Shown piece after piece: positions 1-9,281 of a stretch of 64,000 bases of DNA. Where the stretch lies: contig JAXMOL010000021.1 of assembly GCA_034669905.1 (NCBI GenBank), positions 1 through 64,000 on the forward strand. The letters are read 5' to 3'. The number at the start of each line of letters is the position of its first letter. Position 1 is the first letter of the stretch. The notes under the pieces are model-generated. The model was given only the letters and a program-made list of their open reading frames with translations. It did not search any database and had not been told where the DNA came from. The DNA comes from Candidatus Hydrogenedentota bacterium. Its GTDB lineage: Bacteria > Hydrogenedentota > Hydrogenedentia > Hydrogenedentales > JAEUWI01. A program made the translations under genes and the position numbers.

Positions 1-1
1 C

Positions 2-757
2 AGCATCGATCCGGGCGAAGGTGAAGGTGAAGGTGAAGGTGAAGGTGAAGGTGAAGGTGAAGGTGAAGGCGAAGGAGAAGGAGAAGGAGAAGGAGAAGGA
101 GAAGGAGAAGGAGTAGGAGAAGGAGAAGGAGAAGGAGAAGGAGAAGGAGAAGGCGAAGGCGAAGGTGAAGGTGAAGGCGAAGGCGAAGGCGAAGGAGAAG
201 GCGAAGGCGAAGGAGAAGGAGAAGGTGAAGGTGAAGGTGAAGGAGAAGGTGAAGGAGAAGGTGAAGGAGAAGGTGAAGGTGAAGGAGAAGGTGAAGGTGA
301 AGGAGAAGGTGAAGGAGAAGGTGAAGGAGAAGGTGAAGGTGAAGGCGAAGGTGAAGGCGAAGGAGAAGGAGAAGGAGAAGGAGAAGGAGAAGGAGAAGGA
401 GAAGGAGAAGGCGAAGGCGAAGCTCCGATGACCGTGCAGGAGGCTGCGTCGCAGCTGACGGCGCAATTCGCGTCGGCGGATGCCAATAGCGACGGACAAT
501 TGAGCTTCAACGAAGCCGTTCAAATGGTGCCAAGTCTTACGGTGTCGCAGTTTGATGCCATAGATGGAAATCGAGATGGATTCCTGAGTCCGGGTGAACT
601 GGACGCGGCTCAGGTTGAGGATGGCGGCGATGCACCGGTTGGATGCGCCGCAACGAAGCGCTGGGTAGGCAAGTCTTTTGGCGACCTGTTCCTGCTGGGA
701 TTGTCTATTGTTTCTCTCTTGGCCATGCCACGGGGCAAGTTCCCGGTGGGCGGATAA
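2..757 (+). CDS. 3' part of a large surface protein: (Gly-Glu)68 linker, EF-hand pair, C-terminal Cys/TM anchor (5' truncated by window edge)
   Basis: Frame 2 is open from base 2 (SIDP-GEGEGE...) and in frame with the listed 428..757 ORF. It carries EF-hand loops DANSDGQLSFNE and DGNRDGFLSPGE and ends GCAATKRWVGKSFGDLFLLGLSIVSLLAMPRGK. Confidence 0.85.
   Translation, partial: SIDPGEGEGEGEGEGEGEGEGEGEGEGEGEGEGEGEGVGEGEGEGEGEGEGEGEGEGEGEGEGEGEGEGEGEGEGEGEGEGEGEGEGEGEGEGEGEGEGEGEGEGEGEGEGEGEGEGEGEGEGEGEGEGEGEGEGEGEGEAPMTVQEAASQLTAQFASADANSDGQLSFNEAVQMVPSLTVSQFDAIDGNRDGFLSPGELDAAQVEDGGDAPVGCAATKRWVGKSFGDLFLLGLSIVSLLAMPRGKFPVGG
14..421 (+). repeat. Hexamer tandem repeat GGNGAA x68 encoding poly(Gly-Glu), with one GTA (Val) variant at 113-115
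   Basis: 408 nt of GGT/GGA/GGC-GAA units read directly from the sequence. Confidence 0.97.
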
Positions 758-815
758 TGGGTAGCGCATAGGGCGGAGTAGTCAACGGTTAGTTTTTCAG
801 GCAGGAGGGTATGTT

Positions 816-2429
816 TTGACGAGTTCACGGGTGAAGTGCTGGTTCCGGGTTGCCATGGTGCCGGTCGGCCTCGCAATGGTTGGTACGCCGGTGCCGGCCC
901 AAGGCGTGGGGGAGGTGGCGCAGTTTGTTGTGCCCAATCCGACCGAACGGGGCACCAGCGGCGATTCGGCCCAAACAGCGTGGATAGCCTCCGATGGGAT
1001 GTTGGTCATAGGCGGAACGTCTTCCGATTTGTTGGGAGATGAACGCAATGGTACGTCGGCCTTTTTGACCGCCGTGAACGGCTCAGGGGAAGTGCTGTGG
1101 TGGCACGGCTACGGGACGCCGTCCGGGACCTCGGAGTCGGGCATATTTGCAATTGCAGGGGACCGCACCGACGCCATTGTTGCCGGGGGTGCAGTGGAGG
1201 CTTCGCCGTTCTTCCTGCGCGCCGCGTCGGACGGCTCCATGACGACGGAAGCCAATCTGGTGATTGATGGGGCGGATCGCTTCAGCGGAGTGCTTCCCAT
1301 CGCGGACGAAGAATTCCTGGTGGTGGCCGAGTCTTCGCTTGAAGCGGCCGGGGGCGGTTCCGGGGCACTCTCGGTGAGCCAGGTAGATGGTGGGGGCCAG
1401 CTCGGGATTTCCTACCGTTACGATGAGGGTGTCTCATCGTCGCATCTGGAGTTTTTTCCGTTGGACGGGGGAGAAGTCTTTCTGATGACTCAGGGGGGCG
1501 ATGAGGCCGGTGCCACGCCGACACTCCACGTGCGCATCCTCGATTCCGAAGGACAATTGGTTGCCGAAGGGCAGCGCGCCGATCTCGACGCCTACCCGGT
1601 GACCCATGCCCATCCCGATGGTCAGGGGGGCTTCATCCTTGTGCGGTATCGGGCGCGCGAGGATCTGTTCCGTGATCAGCTTCGCATCGAACGGACGCTA
1701 GACCCGCCTACCCGTTTTGATGTGCTCCTGGACGTGCCCATTCACGGGGAGCTTCTTGCGGGGTCATTGACGCTCAATGCGGAACACTTTGCGGTGGTCA
1801 GTTATTCGGATACCACCGTCTATCTGGAGATTGTGGACTACGCGCGAGGTCATGTAACGGGCTATGAACTCCCTGTTGACCGAAACCTCACGCAGGGTCC
1901 CACTGGTACGGCGTCAACCGTCTTGTCATCGCTGGTAGATCTTGTGCGTTTCCCTGATGGTGGCATCGCACTGGTGGGGACGGTGTTAATCCAAGAGGGC
2001 ATACCGACAAAGGCTTCCATTGAAGCTTCCACAGTCTATGTGATGCACATCCCTGCGGCCCTGTTTGCCGAAGACATCGTACTCTTTTCGGGCAGCCCCT
2101 CCGTCTTGCAGGCCATTGCTCGTGAGCTTCTTTCGGCCTTTTTCGTAGAAGGATCGGAGCGTCTGGAGTCCCTGAGTTTTGCCGAGGCCGTTGCACTCGC
2201 TCCCACCCTTCGTGCTGACCAGTTTGCCGCTATGGACTTCGATTCTGATGGGATGTTATCCAACGAGGAACTTTTCGACGTCGCCGACTATGGTTCCAAA
2301 GAGGGGCCCGGTGGCATCGCAGGGTGTACGACCGATGTCTACAAGATGGAGGGGGATCTGGCGGTGGTGGGAGCGGTGCTGCTTTTTCTCGCGGGGTGGG
2401 ACTTCTGGTTGCGGCGGAGGTGCGCATAA
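816..2429 (+). CDS. Secreted/surface protein, probable beta-propeller body, C-terminal EF-hand and Cys/TM anchor
   Basis: AGGAGG 7 nt before the TTG start; signal-like N-terminus; beta-rich repeats; EF loop DFDSDGMLSNEE; ends GCTTDVYKMEGDLAVVGAVLLFLAGWDFWLRRR. Confidence 0.75.
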   Translation: MTSSRVKCWFRVAMVPVGLAMVGTPVPAQGVGEVAQFVVPNPTERGTSGDSAQTAWIASDGMLVIGGTSSDLLGDERNGTSAFLTAVNGSGEVLWWHGYGTPSGTSESGIFAIAGDRTDAIVAGGAVEASPFFLRAASDGSMTTEANLVIDGADRFSGVLPIADEEFLVVAESSLEAAGGGSGALSVSQVDGGGQLGISYRYDEGVSSSHLEFFPLDGGEVFLMTQGGDEAGATPTLHVRILDSEGQLVAEGQRADLDAYPVTHAHPDGQGGFILVRYRAREDLFRDQLRIERTLDPPTRFDVLLDVPIHGELLAGSLTLNAEHFAVVSYSDTTVYLEIVDYARGHVTGYELPVDRNLTQGPTGTASTVLSSLVDLVRFPDGGIALVGTVLIQEGIPTKASIEASTVYVMHIPAALFAEDIVLFSGSPSVLQAIARELLSAFFVEGSERLESLSFAEAVALAPTLRADQFAAMDFDSDGMLSNEELFDVADYGSKEGPGGIAGCTTDVYKMEGDLAVVGAVLLFLAGWDFWLRRRCA

Positions 2430-2579
2430 TCCTGCGTTGAGCATGGCGCTTTTCGTTGATCGGTGCAGTGCAGGCCAATGTGGGCTGTCCGAGCCTTTGT
2501 GCACCCACGGGCCCAGGTGTGCTACACTTTGCGCCTCAATTGTTTCCCATAGCCCTAACGGCGGAGTTGTACCTGAGCC

Positions 2580-5108
2580 ATGTCCAACGGCAATTATGAA
2601 CATCAGAAAATAGAGAAGAAATGGCAGGATTTCTGGCTTGAAAACAAGACCTTCAAGACCGAGATCGACACCAGTAAGCCCAAATATTACTGTCTGGACA
2701 TGTTTCCCTATCCCAGCGGTGACGGCCTCCACGTGGGTCACCCCGAAGGCTACACGGCCACCGATATCATTTCGCGCTACAAGCGGATGAAGGGCTTCAA
2801 CGTCTTGCACCCCATGGGATGGGATGCCTTCGGCCTGCCCGCCGAGCGCCATGCCGTCCGCACGGGCGAGCATCCGGCCATCATCACCAACAAGAACTGC
2901 GACAATTTCCGGAAGCAGATTCAGGCCCTGGGCCTTTCCTACGACTGGGACCGGGAAATCAACACCACCGATCCCAACTATTACAAGTGGACCCAGTGGA
3001 TTTTCAAGGTGCTCTACGACCGTGGCCTCGCCTACGAAGTGGAAGCGCCCGTGAACTGGTGTCCTGTCCTCGCCACCGTGTTGGCCAATGAAGAGGTCAA
3101 AGACGGTAAGTATGTGGACACGGGCGATCCCGTCGAAAAGCGCATGATGCGCCAGTGGATGCTCAAAATCACCGAATACGCCGAGCGCCTCTTGGACGAC
3201 TTGGAAGACCTGGACTGGCCCGAAGGCATCAAGGCCATGCAGCGCGAGTGGATTGGCAAGAGCACGGGGGCCGATGTGGATTTCATGGTGGTGGGTTCCG
3301 GTGAAGTCTTCACCGTCTTCACCACCCGCCCCGATACGCTCTTTGGTGCGACCTATTGTGTTTTTGCGCCCGACCATCCCCTCGTGAAAACCATTACCAC
3401 CGACGCCCAGCGGGCCGAGGTGGAGGCCTATGTAGAGGCGACGTCAAAGAAGAGCGCCCAGGACCGCATGCGGGATGATAAGGCCAAGACGGGGGTCTTT
3501 ACCGGGGCCCTTGCCATCAATCCGGTCAACGGAAAAGATGTGCCCATCTGGATATCCGATTACGTGCTTTCCGAATACGGCTATGGCGCCATCATGGCCG
3601 TGCCGGCCCACGACACGCGAGACTATGAATTCGCCAAGGCCTTTGACCTGCCCATCACAGAAGTGATCTCCGGCGGCGATATCAGCAAAGAAGCCTTCAC
3701 GGGCGATGGTACCCTGGTTAATTCCTCCTTTATCGATGGGATGGATGTGGCCAAGGCCAAGCAGACCATGATTGAGTGGCTCGACGAGCAGGGCATCGGC
3801 AAGGGCACCATCAACTACAAACTGCGCGACTGGCTTTTCTCCCGGCAGCGTTACTGGGGCGAGCCCTTCCCGCTCATCCACCTGGAAGATGGCACCATCA
3901 AGACCATCCCCATGACCGATTTGCCCCTCACCCTTCCAGAGTTGGACGAGTACAAGCCCACCGCCGATGGCGAGCCGCCCCTGGCCCGGGCCACCGAGTG
4001 GTTAAACACGACCGACGCGGAATCGGGTGCCCCTGCCTTGCGGGAGACCAACACTATGCCCCAGTGGGCCGGTTCCTGCTGGTATTTCCTGCGCTATTGC
4101 GACCCGACCAACAACGACATGGCCTGGTCGAAGGAAGCGGAAGAATACTGGATGCCTGTCGACCTCTACGTGGGCGGTGCGGAGCACGCCGTGCTGCACC
4201 TCTTGTATTCCCGTTTCTGGCACAAGGTGCTCTACGACGCGGGCTACGTGTCCACCAAAGAGCCCTTCCAGAAGCTCTTCAACCAGGGGATGATTCTGGC
4301 CTATTCGTATAAAGACGAGCAGGGCAAATACCACTACCCCCACCAGGTGGAGAAAAAAGACGACGGCTACGTCGTCAAGGAAAGCGGCGACTCGGTTCAT
4401 ACCCAAATCGAAAAGATGAGTAAGTCCCGCTACAACGTCGTAAATCCCGATGATGTGGTGAAGGAATACGGTGCCGACGCCATGCGCCTCTACGAGATGT
4501 TCATGGGGCCCCTCGATCGGGACAAGCCCTGGACGGACGAAGGGGTGCAAGGGGTGCACCGCTTCCTCAAGCGGGTCTGGTCCCTCTTTATCGACCACAA
4601 CTCCGGCGACCTGCACGAGCGTATCGTGGAGACGGGTGGCGATGCGTCCATGGTCAAGGAGTTGCACAAGACCATCAAGGCGGTGAGCCATGACATCGAG
4701 GGCATGCTCTTTAACACGGCCATTGCCCGCATGATGGAGTTTGTCAATGCGGCGATGAAGGTGAAGACCATCGACCGGGCCGTCATGGAGCAGTTTCTCC
4801 TCCTCCTCGCGCCCTACGCGCCCCACATGGGCGAAGAGCTCTGGCAGCGACTGGGCCATGGCGATACCCTCGCCTACGCGGCCTGGCCGGAGTGGGATGA
4901 ATCCCTCCTCGTGGAAAACACCATCACGTTGCCCGTCCAGGTAAACGGCAAGCCCCGCGATACCATCGAGGTGGCCGCCGACGCCGACAAGGACACGATC
5001 CTCGCGGCCGCCAAAGCCGCGCCCAAGGCCCAGGGGTCGCTCGAGGGCAAGACCGTCGTGAAGGAAATCTATGTGCCCGGCAAAATTGTGAACCTGGTGG
5101 TCAAGTAA
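2580..5108 (+). CDS. leuS: Leucine--tRNA ligase
   Basis: [14 protein letters not shown] (HIGH-type motif), [30 protein letters not shown]-terminal VQVNGK; 842 aa. Confidence 0.98.
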   Translation: MSNGNYEHQKIEKKWQDFWLENKTFKTEIDTSKPKYYCLDMFPYPSGDGLHVGHPEGYTATDIISRYKRMKGFNVLHPMGWDAFGLPAERHAVRTGEHPAIITNKNCDNFRKQIQALGLSYDWDREINTTDPNYYKWTQWIFKVLYDRGLAYEVEAPVNWCPVLATVLANEEVKDGKYVDTGDPVEKRMMRQWMLKITEYAERLLDDLEDLDWPEGIKAMQREWIGKSTGADVDFMVVGSGEVFTVFTTRPDTLFGATYCVFAPDHPLVKTITTDAQRAEVEAYVEATSKKSAQDRMRDDKAKTGVFTGALAINPVNGKDVPIWISDYVLSEYGYGAIMAVPAHDTRDYEFAKAFDLPITEVISGGDISKEAFTGDGTLVNSSFIDGMDVAKAKQTMIEWLDEQGIGKGTINYKLRDWLFSRQRYWGEPFPLIHLEDGTIKTIPMTDLPLTLPELDEYKPTADGEPPLARATEWLNTTDAESGAPALRETNTMPQWAGSCWYFLRYCDPTNNDMAWSKEAEEYWMPVDLYVGGAEHAVLHLLYSRFWHKVLYDAGYVSTKEPFQKLFNQGMILAYSYKDEQGKYHYPHQVEKKDDGYVVKESGDSVHTQIEKMSKSRYNVVNPDDVVKEYGADAMRLYEMFMGPLDRDKPWTDEGVQGVHRFLKRVWSLFIDHNSGDLHERIVETGGDASMVKELHKTIKAVSHDIEGMLFNTAIARMMEFVNAAMKVKTIDRAVMEQFLLLLAPYAPHMGEELWQRLGHGDTLAYAAWPEWDESLLVENTITLPVQVNGKPRDTIEVAADADKDTILAAAKAAPKAQGSLEGKTVVKEIYVPGKIVNLVVK

Positions 5109-5139
5109 AGGTGAATAATTGCCGGTGCTTTTCGTCTAT

Positions 5140-5179
5140 TGCGATGGGGAGTCCCAGCGTGTGGGACGCCTCAATCGCA
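5140..5179 (+). terminator. Possible terminator hairpin after leuS
   Basis: TGCGAT-GGGGA-GTCCCA pairs with TGGGAC-GCCTCA-ATCGCA; the U-tract is weak. Confidence 0.4.
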
Positions 5180-5701
5180 GGGTTTAGTCAGGAATAAGAA
5201 AGGTTGGTGTCCCGTGGGACTATTTGCCACACTCGTGAGTATTGGTTCGAGCATCATTCAGTTTTTCGTGTTTACGATACAGGCCATTTTTACCGTGCTC
5301 TTTGGCACGGTATCCTGAAGGAATCTGCCGCGCCCTCTGAAAGAAATGCTTTCGGGGGGCGCGTTGTATCTGCGTGTGGCACGGAAATGACGTGCCGTTC
5401 GTTTAGGGGCAGGCTCTAAATAGGCGAAGGTAGACCTCGATCAAGTCGAACTCGTTCGTTACGACAGCACACGCAAGCGTCTGCAAGTAGCCAACGTCCC
5501 GGCGGCTTGGCCACTATCGCTCCCAAGCTCGCAATCTCTAGGCTGGCAACCGAATGACCTGGAAAACGTCCGAGGTGAATCTTCGCCTGATTATCCTAAG
5601 TTAAACCACCGACTCTGCCGGTGAGAATTTATAAGCCTTTTCCGTTCCCGCGTTAGTTGTTGGCATTTATACACGGCGGGGTGTGGGCCACGTTTTTCTT
5701 C

Positions 5702-5932
5702 AGTCCCGCAGGGACGACATATCGTAGCCCAGGTGTGAGCGGAGCGAACCCTGGGATCGCTCGAATACAAGGGCTTTTGAACCCCGAAGGGGTGGCATAA
5801 AAGTGTTGGAAAGCGGCACAGCTTTTCTTGTGCCACTCCTTCGGAGTTTAGGTCTTAGTGGCACGGTCGACCCAGGGTTCCGCTCGTACCTCGCGTCACC
5901 GCTGGGCTACGATATCTCGTCCCTACGGGACT
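5702..5932. repeat. Nested inverted REP-like doublets (REPIN/BIME-like non-autonomous element)
   Basis: Outer arms 5702-5732 and 5902-5932 are 29/31 reverse-complementary. Middle arms AACCCTGGG/CCCAGGGTT. Inner arms 5780-5799 and 5829-5848 match 17/20. Each outer and inner arm has its own small hairpin (GTCCC-GCA-GGGAC, CCCC-GAA-GGGG). Confidence 0.75.
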
Positions 5933-6103
5933 AACTGCTTTGGGCTTCGTACATGGGTTTGATGATGGGGCCCTTCTTGGGGACTCCCTCAAGCCAACGG
6001 ATCTGCGGGTGGTTACTGACTGGCAGGGTGAGCAGGGGATTATCCCTAAGGATTCAGTTGTATACCACACGCAAGCTTTGAGCATTCATTTGAAGCCCAA
6101 CAA

Positions 6104-6595
6104 CTATCGCGAAGGCGTCCAGACACCATCGCGGATACGTCGGTCACCCTGCTGGCTCTTGCGGACGTAGACCCAGGCCAGCGTCGTTTCTTCGGCCACC
6201 ACAACCGGCGCGAGGACCCTTCGATAAAGACTGGGCCTGCCGGGCCGGAATCCCTCATAGTCGTCCAGGGGCGGTAGGCTCACGGAAGGCTCGGAAAGAA
6301 TCACCACGTCCCCCTGCACCCAGTCCCAGTCACCTTCAGGCAGCGCACCCTCCGGCACGGGGAGGCGGTCTGCTGCGCGAACATCATCTTCCGGGCAGGC
6401 CGTGCCGACCGCGACCATGTATTCTTCCGGGATTTCCACAGAAGGATATCCCGCGGGCACATGGTAGAGCCGTCCCCAGATTCGTGCCGGTGCCGTGTTG
6501 GCCACCCAGGGAGCGAGGAGATGGTGGTGGCTTTCTCCCGGGCGTAGGGTGCCGTAAAGGAAAAGGGTCACCGTGTGCGGCAGCGCGGTGGGCAT
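6104..6595 (-). CDS. Gamma-glutamylcyclotransferase (AIG2-like) family protein
   Basis: LFLYGTLRPGESHH, LDDYEG, YRR and AWVY motifs. Confidence 0.88.
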   Translation of the reverse strand: MPTALPHTVTLFLYGTLRPGESHHHLLAPWVANTAPARIWGRLYHVPAGYPSVEIPEEYMVAVGTACPEDDVRAADRLPVPEGALPEGDWDWVQGDVVILSEPSVSLPPLDDYEGFRPGRPSLYRRVLAPVVVAEETTLAWVYVRKSQQGDRRIRDGVWTPSR

Positions 6596-6601
6596 GGGGT
6601 T

Positions 6602-8377
6602 TTACGAGTCCCTGTGGGCCGTTGGCGTCGTGGGCGGGATGTGGCTCGATGCGCCGACAGATGGCAAGGCAAAGGGCTGGTAATCGGTACCACCCCAGTA
6701 GTACCAGTGGTAGGTGGCCGTTTCCAGGGGCATTTCAAATCGAAAGGCGACGACGGAGGGCCGTCCATCGGGGAGCACTTCCCGTACCGTCACTTCCAAG
6801 CCCTCCAGGGTGACCCGGTCGCCCGGGATGGCCGGTTCCAGGGCCGCACTGCGGAACAATTCGGCCCAGGTCGGCAGCAGGAAGCCTCCTTCCGGCGCGA
6901 GTACGAGCGTGTGCTCATCTTCCCGCGTGACGGTGACGGACTGATTGCCGGCGGACAGCATCCACGTGTTCTTCGGAACCGGCTGATTCAGCGAAGCGCG
7001 AAAAATGGGGATGCCGGGGCCCATGAGGTCGCTCATGGTGTGGACCAGGACGATGGTCTCATCGGCGATAGCGGGGTCCTGGGGGAGACTTGCATTCGCA
7101 TCCTGTGCCCCGGCTTCTACGAAGGCGATGACGTAGCTGCCCACCAGGAGCAGGGCGGGGGCAATGACCAGGTGAGCCACGGCCCAGAAGCCTGCCAGTG
7201 CGCGTCTTCCCCAAGCTACTTCTACGTGGCTGCGTAGGTATTCAAAATAGGAGGCGATCAGCGCCATGCCGCCCAGGGCGGGAAACATGAGCATGCGGTC
7301 CTGCGGAGACGTGAGGCACGCCGGGAGGGCGGCGAGGGTCATGCCGAGGAGCCAGAAGCGGGCCCGGGCATCCTGGCGCAGGAGGGGCCAGAGAGCGAGC
7401 AAGACGATGGCCAGAAAGACCAGCGCCACGCCAAAATAGACACCCGACCAGGGGGACGGTAGAAAATTGTAGAACGTCGAGTCGGGGAGACCAAAGGCTC
7501 CGAAGAAGAGCACGGGAAGGCGCTCGGCAATACGGTAGGCGAAGAGCAGGGGCTCGTCCGTGGGATTTACATAGGCCCCCGAGCCGAAGGCCCCGTAGCC
7601 CAGGTGTTGATAGAGGACCCGCCAGAAGACCACTACGGCCCCGTAGGGCAGCAACGTGACGAAGCCGCGCCGGAAGCCCTTGGGGTCGACGAAGAGGGCG
7701 TAGGCGAAGAGATAGCCGCCGATAGACACGGTAGCTTCGCCGCAGAGGAGTCCGATACAAAGGGCAAGAAGCGCGACGGGCAGGCCCCACCGGCGTCCAT
7801 GTCGCCGAAACTGGTCATGGCTCAGAAGTACGGCGACACCAAAGAGGGCCGTGAGGAGCGAGTTTCGAGCCGAGAGCCATCCCACGGGAATACCGCGTGC
7901 GTCGTCAATGGCATAGAGCAAGAGGGCGAGCAGGGCCACGTGCCGGACGTCAATCAGTTGGCGATAGAGCGCGGAGACCAACAGAAGCAGCAGGCCGAAG
8001 AGCGCCATGTTGTGCACGTGCATGGGCCAGGCAGTGTCGCCAAAGAGCCTGTAGTCCAGCCAGTGCGACAAGGAGGACAGGGGGCGCATGAAGGCCGTGT
8101 GGGTCTGTTCGCCGGCCCACCATGGGAGGAGGCCCCGGTCCATTCGGTCCTGTCGGATGCTGCCCTCTTCGGAGAAGTGAAAACGGAAGGCGTCCCAGGG
8201 GGCCTGCTCGACTTCTTCCATCCCGGGATAGCCCTGAAAGACGGCACGCCAATTGTGGTCATCGGTCGCAAAGCCCACAAAGAGGGAGGGCAGGGTGAGG
8301 CACAGTGCTACCGCAATAACCGCCCATCGCGCCGCAGGGCGCTGCAGGCGGTGTGTAATGAAGGCAACGAGTTTCAT
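6602..8377 (-). CDS. Polytopic membrane protein, GT-C glycosyltransferase-like
   Basis: About 11 hydrophobic segments; N-terminal TM followed by an acidic FATDDH loop; MRPLSSLSHWLDY..FG, V.WLSARN..L and L..GE motifs typical of GT-C/TMTC-like membrane domains. ATG at 8377 chosen as start. Confidence 0.6.
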   Translation of the reverse strand: MKLVAFITHRLQRPAARWAVIAVALCLTLPSLFVGFATDDHNWRAVFQGYPGMEEVEQAPWDAFRFHFSEEGSIRQDRMDRGLLPWWAGEQTHTAFMRPLSSLSHWLDYRLFGDTAWPMHVHNMALFGLLLLLVSALYRQLIDVRHVALLALLLYAIDDARGIPVGWLSARNSLLTALFGVAVLLSHDQFRRHGRRWGLPVALLALCIGLLCGEATVSIGGYLFAYALFVDPKGFRRGFVTLLPYGAVVVFWRVLYQHLGYGAFGSGAYVNPTDEPLLFAYRIAERLPVLFFGAFGLPDSTFYNFLPSPWSGVYFGVALVFLAIVLLALWPLLRQDARARFWLLGMTLAALPACLTSPQDRMLMFPALGGMALIASYFEYLRSHVEVAWGRRALAGFWAVAHLVIAPALLLVGSYVIAFVEAGAQDANASLPQDPAIADETIVLVHTMSDLMGPGIPIFRASLNQPVPKNTWMLSAGNQSVTVTREDEHTLVLAPEGGFLLPTWAELFRSAALEPAIPGDRVTLEGLEVTVREVLPDGRPSVVAFRFEMPLETATYHWYYWGGTDYQPFALPSVGASSHIPPTTPTAHRDS

Positions 8378-8432
8378 GGGAAGGATTCTAACTCCAGCCC
8401 CGGATTCCACTGGATGTAAACCGGCGGGCCAT

Positions 8433-8471
8433 AAAAGAAAACCGCCTTTCGCAACGGGTCGCGAAAGGCGG
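8433..8471 (-). terminator. Rho-independent terminator
   Basis: CCGCCTTTCGC/GCGAAAGGCGG 11-bp stem, then TTTTCTTTT on the minus strand, just after the 8491 gene. Confidence 0.75.
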
Positions 8472-8490
8472 CAGAAATAACGATAAGAAA

Positions 8491-9132
8491 CTATCGGGCG
8501 AGCTTCATCAGGTTGCCGCGATAGCTATCGGACTTGGTCGTGTTACCGAGATCGGCACGGTCGCCGACATAGCCGCGTTGCGCACGCTTGACGTCGCTCT
8601 CGTTGGGATCAATGGACTTGCGGGCTTCCCAGGCGGCAGCGCGTTCGGCGCGAATGGCCCGTGCGCTCTCTTTGCGCATCTCGACTTTGGTGTTGCCCTC
8701 CAGGGGATAATAATCCACGGCTTTCTGAGCAGGGAAGAAATACCAGCTGAATACGAAGTCACTGCCATTGCGCAGGAACATATCCTCTTCAATGGCCGTG
8801 TTCAGATGTCCCAGGCGCTTGTAGTCATCGGCTGCCGGGGCCGGCGCATAGACGCCACCACGGTAGAGGCTTTCGCCCAATTCCACCGAGCCGCGACGTA
8901 CGCCACGCAGTCCCTGAACGGAACCGACGAAGGGCACATGCATATTGCCGTCTACAAACTGGTCGCCCGTGTTGTAGAAAAACGATTTAACGCCACGATA
9001 AAGCCACTTGTAGGGCCGGAGCGCGGGTTCTTCAGCATTGCCAAGGGGACCGCGATAGGCGGGCTCCACACTATAGCCCGGCAAGGCAATCGCAACAAAA
9101 GCGAGTATCAAAACCCCGGTGAGTACGCGCAT
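8491..9132 (-). CDS. Hypothetical exported protein
   Basis: GGAAGGA RBS before ATG 9132; signal peptide MRVLTGVLILAFVAIALPGYS; no recognised family. Confidence 0.7.
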   Translation of the reverse strand: MRVLTGVLILAFVAIALPGYSVEPAYRGPLGNAEEPALRPYKWLYRGVKSFFYNTGDQFVDGNMHVPFVGSVQGLRGVRRGSVELGESLYRGGVYAPAPAADDYKRLGHLNTAIEEDMFLRNGSDFVFSWYFFPAQKAVDYYPLEGNTKVEMRKESARAIRAERAAAWEARKSIDPNESDVKRAQRGYVGDRADLGNTTKSDSYRGNLMKLAR

Positions 9133-9281
9133 GATATTCCTTCCATGTCCATGGGGGAGTCCCCCCTCCACACGAATTTATTCGCTTATTGGAACCTATA
9201 CTACCCCAAGTGGGGGGCAAAAGCAATGGTTTTTCACAGATTATGTTAACTGATTAGCAACGAGACAGCCCAAGGGCCTCC

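Noticed and set aside
14..421. Repeat array as a possible CRISPR
   Set aside because: It is a 6-bp coding tandem repeat with no spacers and no cas genes.
165..431. Lys-rich 88-aa ORF (KVKEKAK...) resembling a histone-like protein
   Set aside because: It is an alternative-frame reading of the GGNGAA repeat. The Gly-Glu frame is continuous with the EF-hand domain.
5303..5392. TGGCACG motifs as sigma54 promoters
   Set aside because: No GC at the -12 position (GG-N10-GC spacing fails) and no downstream gene.
5204..6170. Short ORFs in the post-leuS gap as transposase remnants
   Set aside because: No HUH/Y1 or DDE motif is recognisable, and several ORFs simply run across the REP-like repeats.
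8491..9132. Faint resemblance to exosortase-associated TIGR04073 proteins (K.L.RG...G..G)
   Set aside because: Similarity is too weak to support by eye; left as hypothetical.
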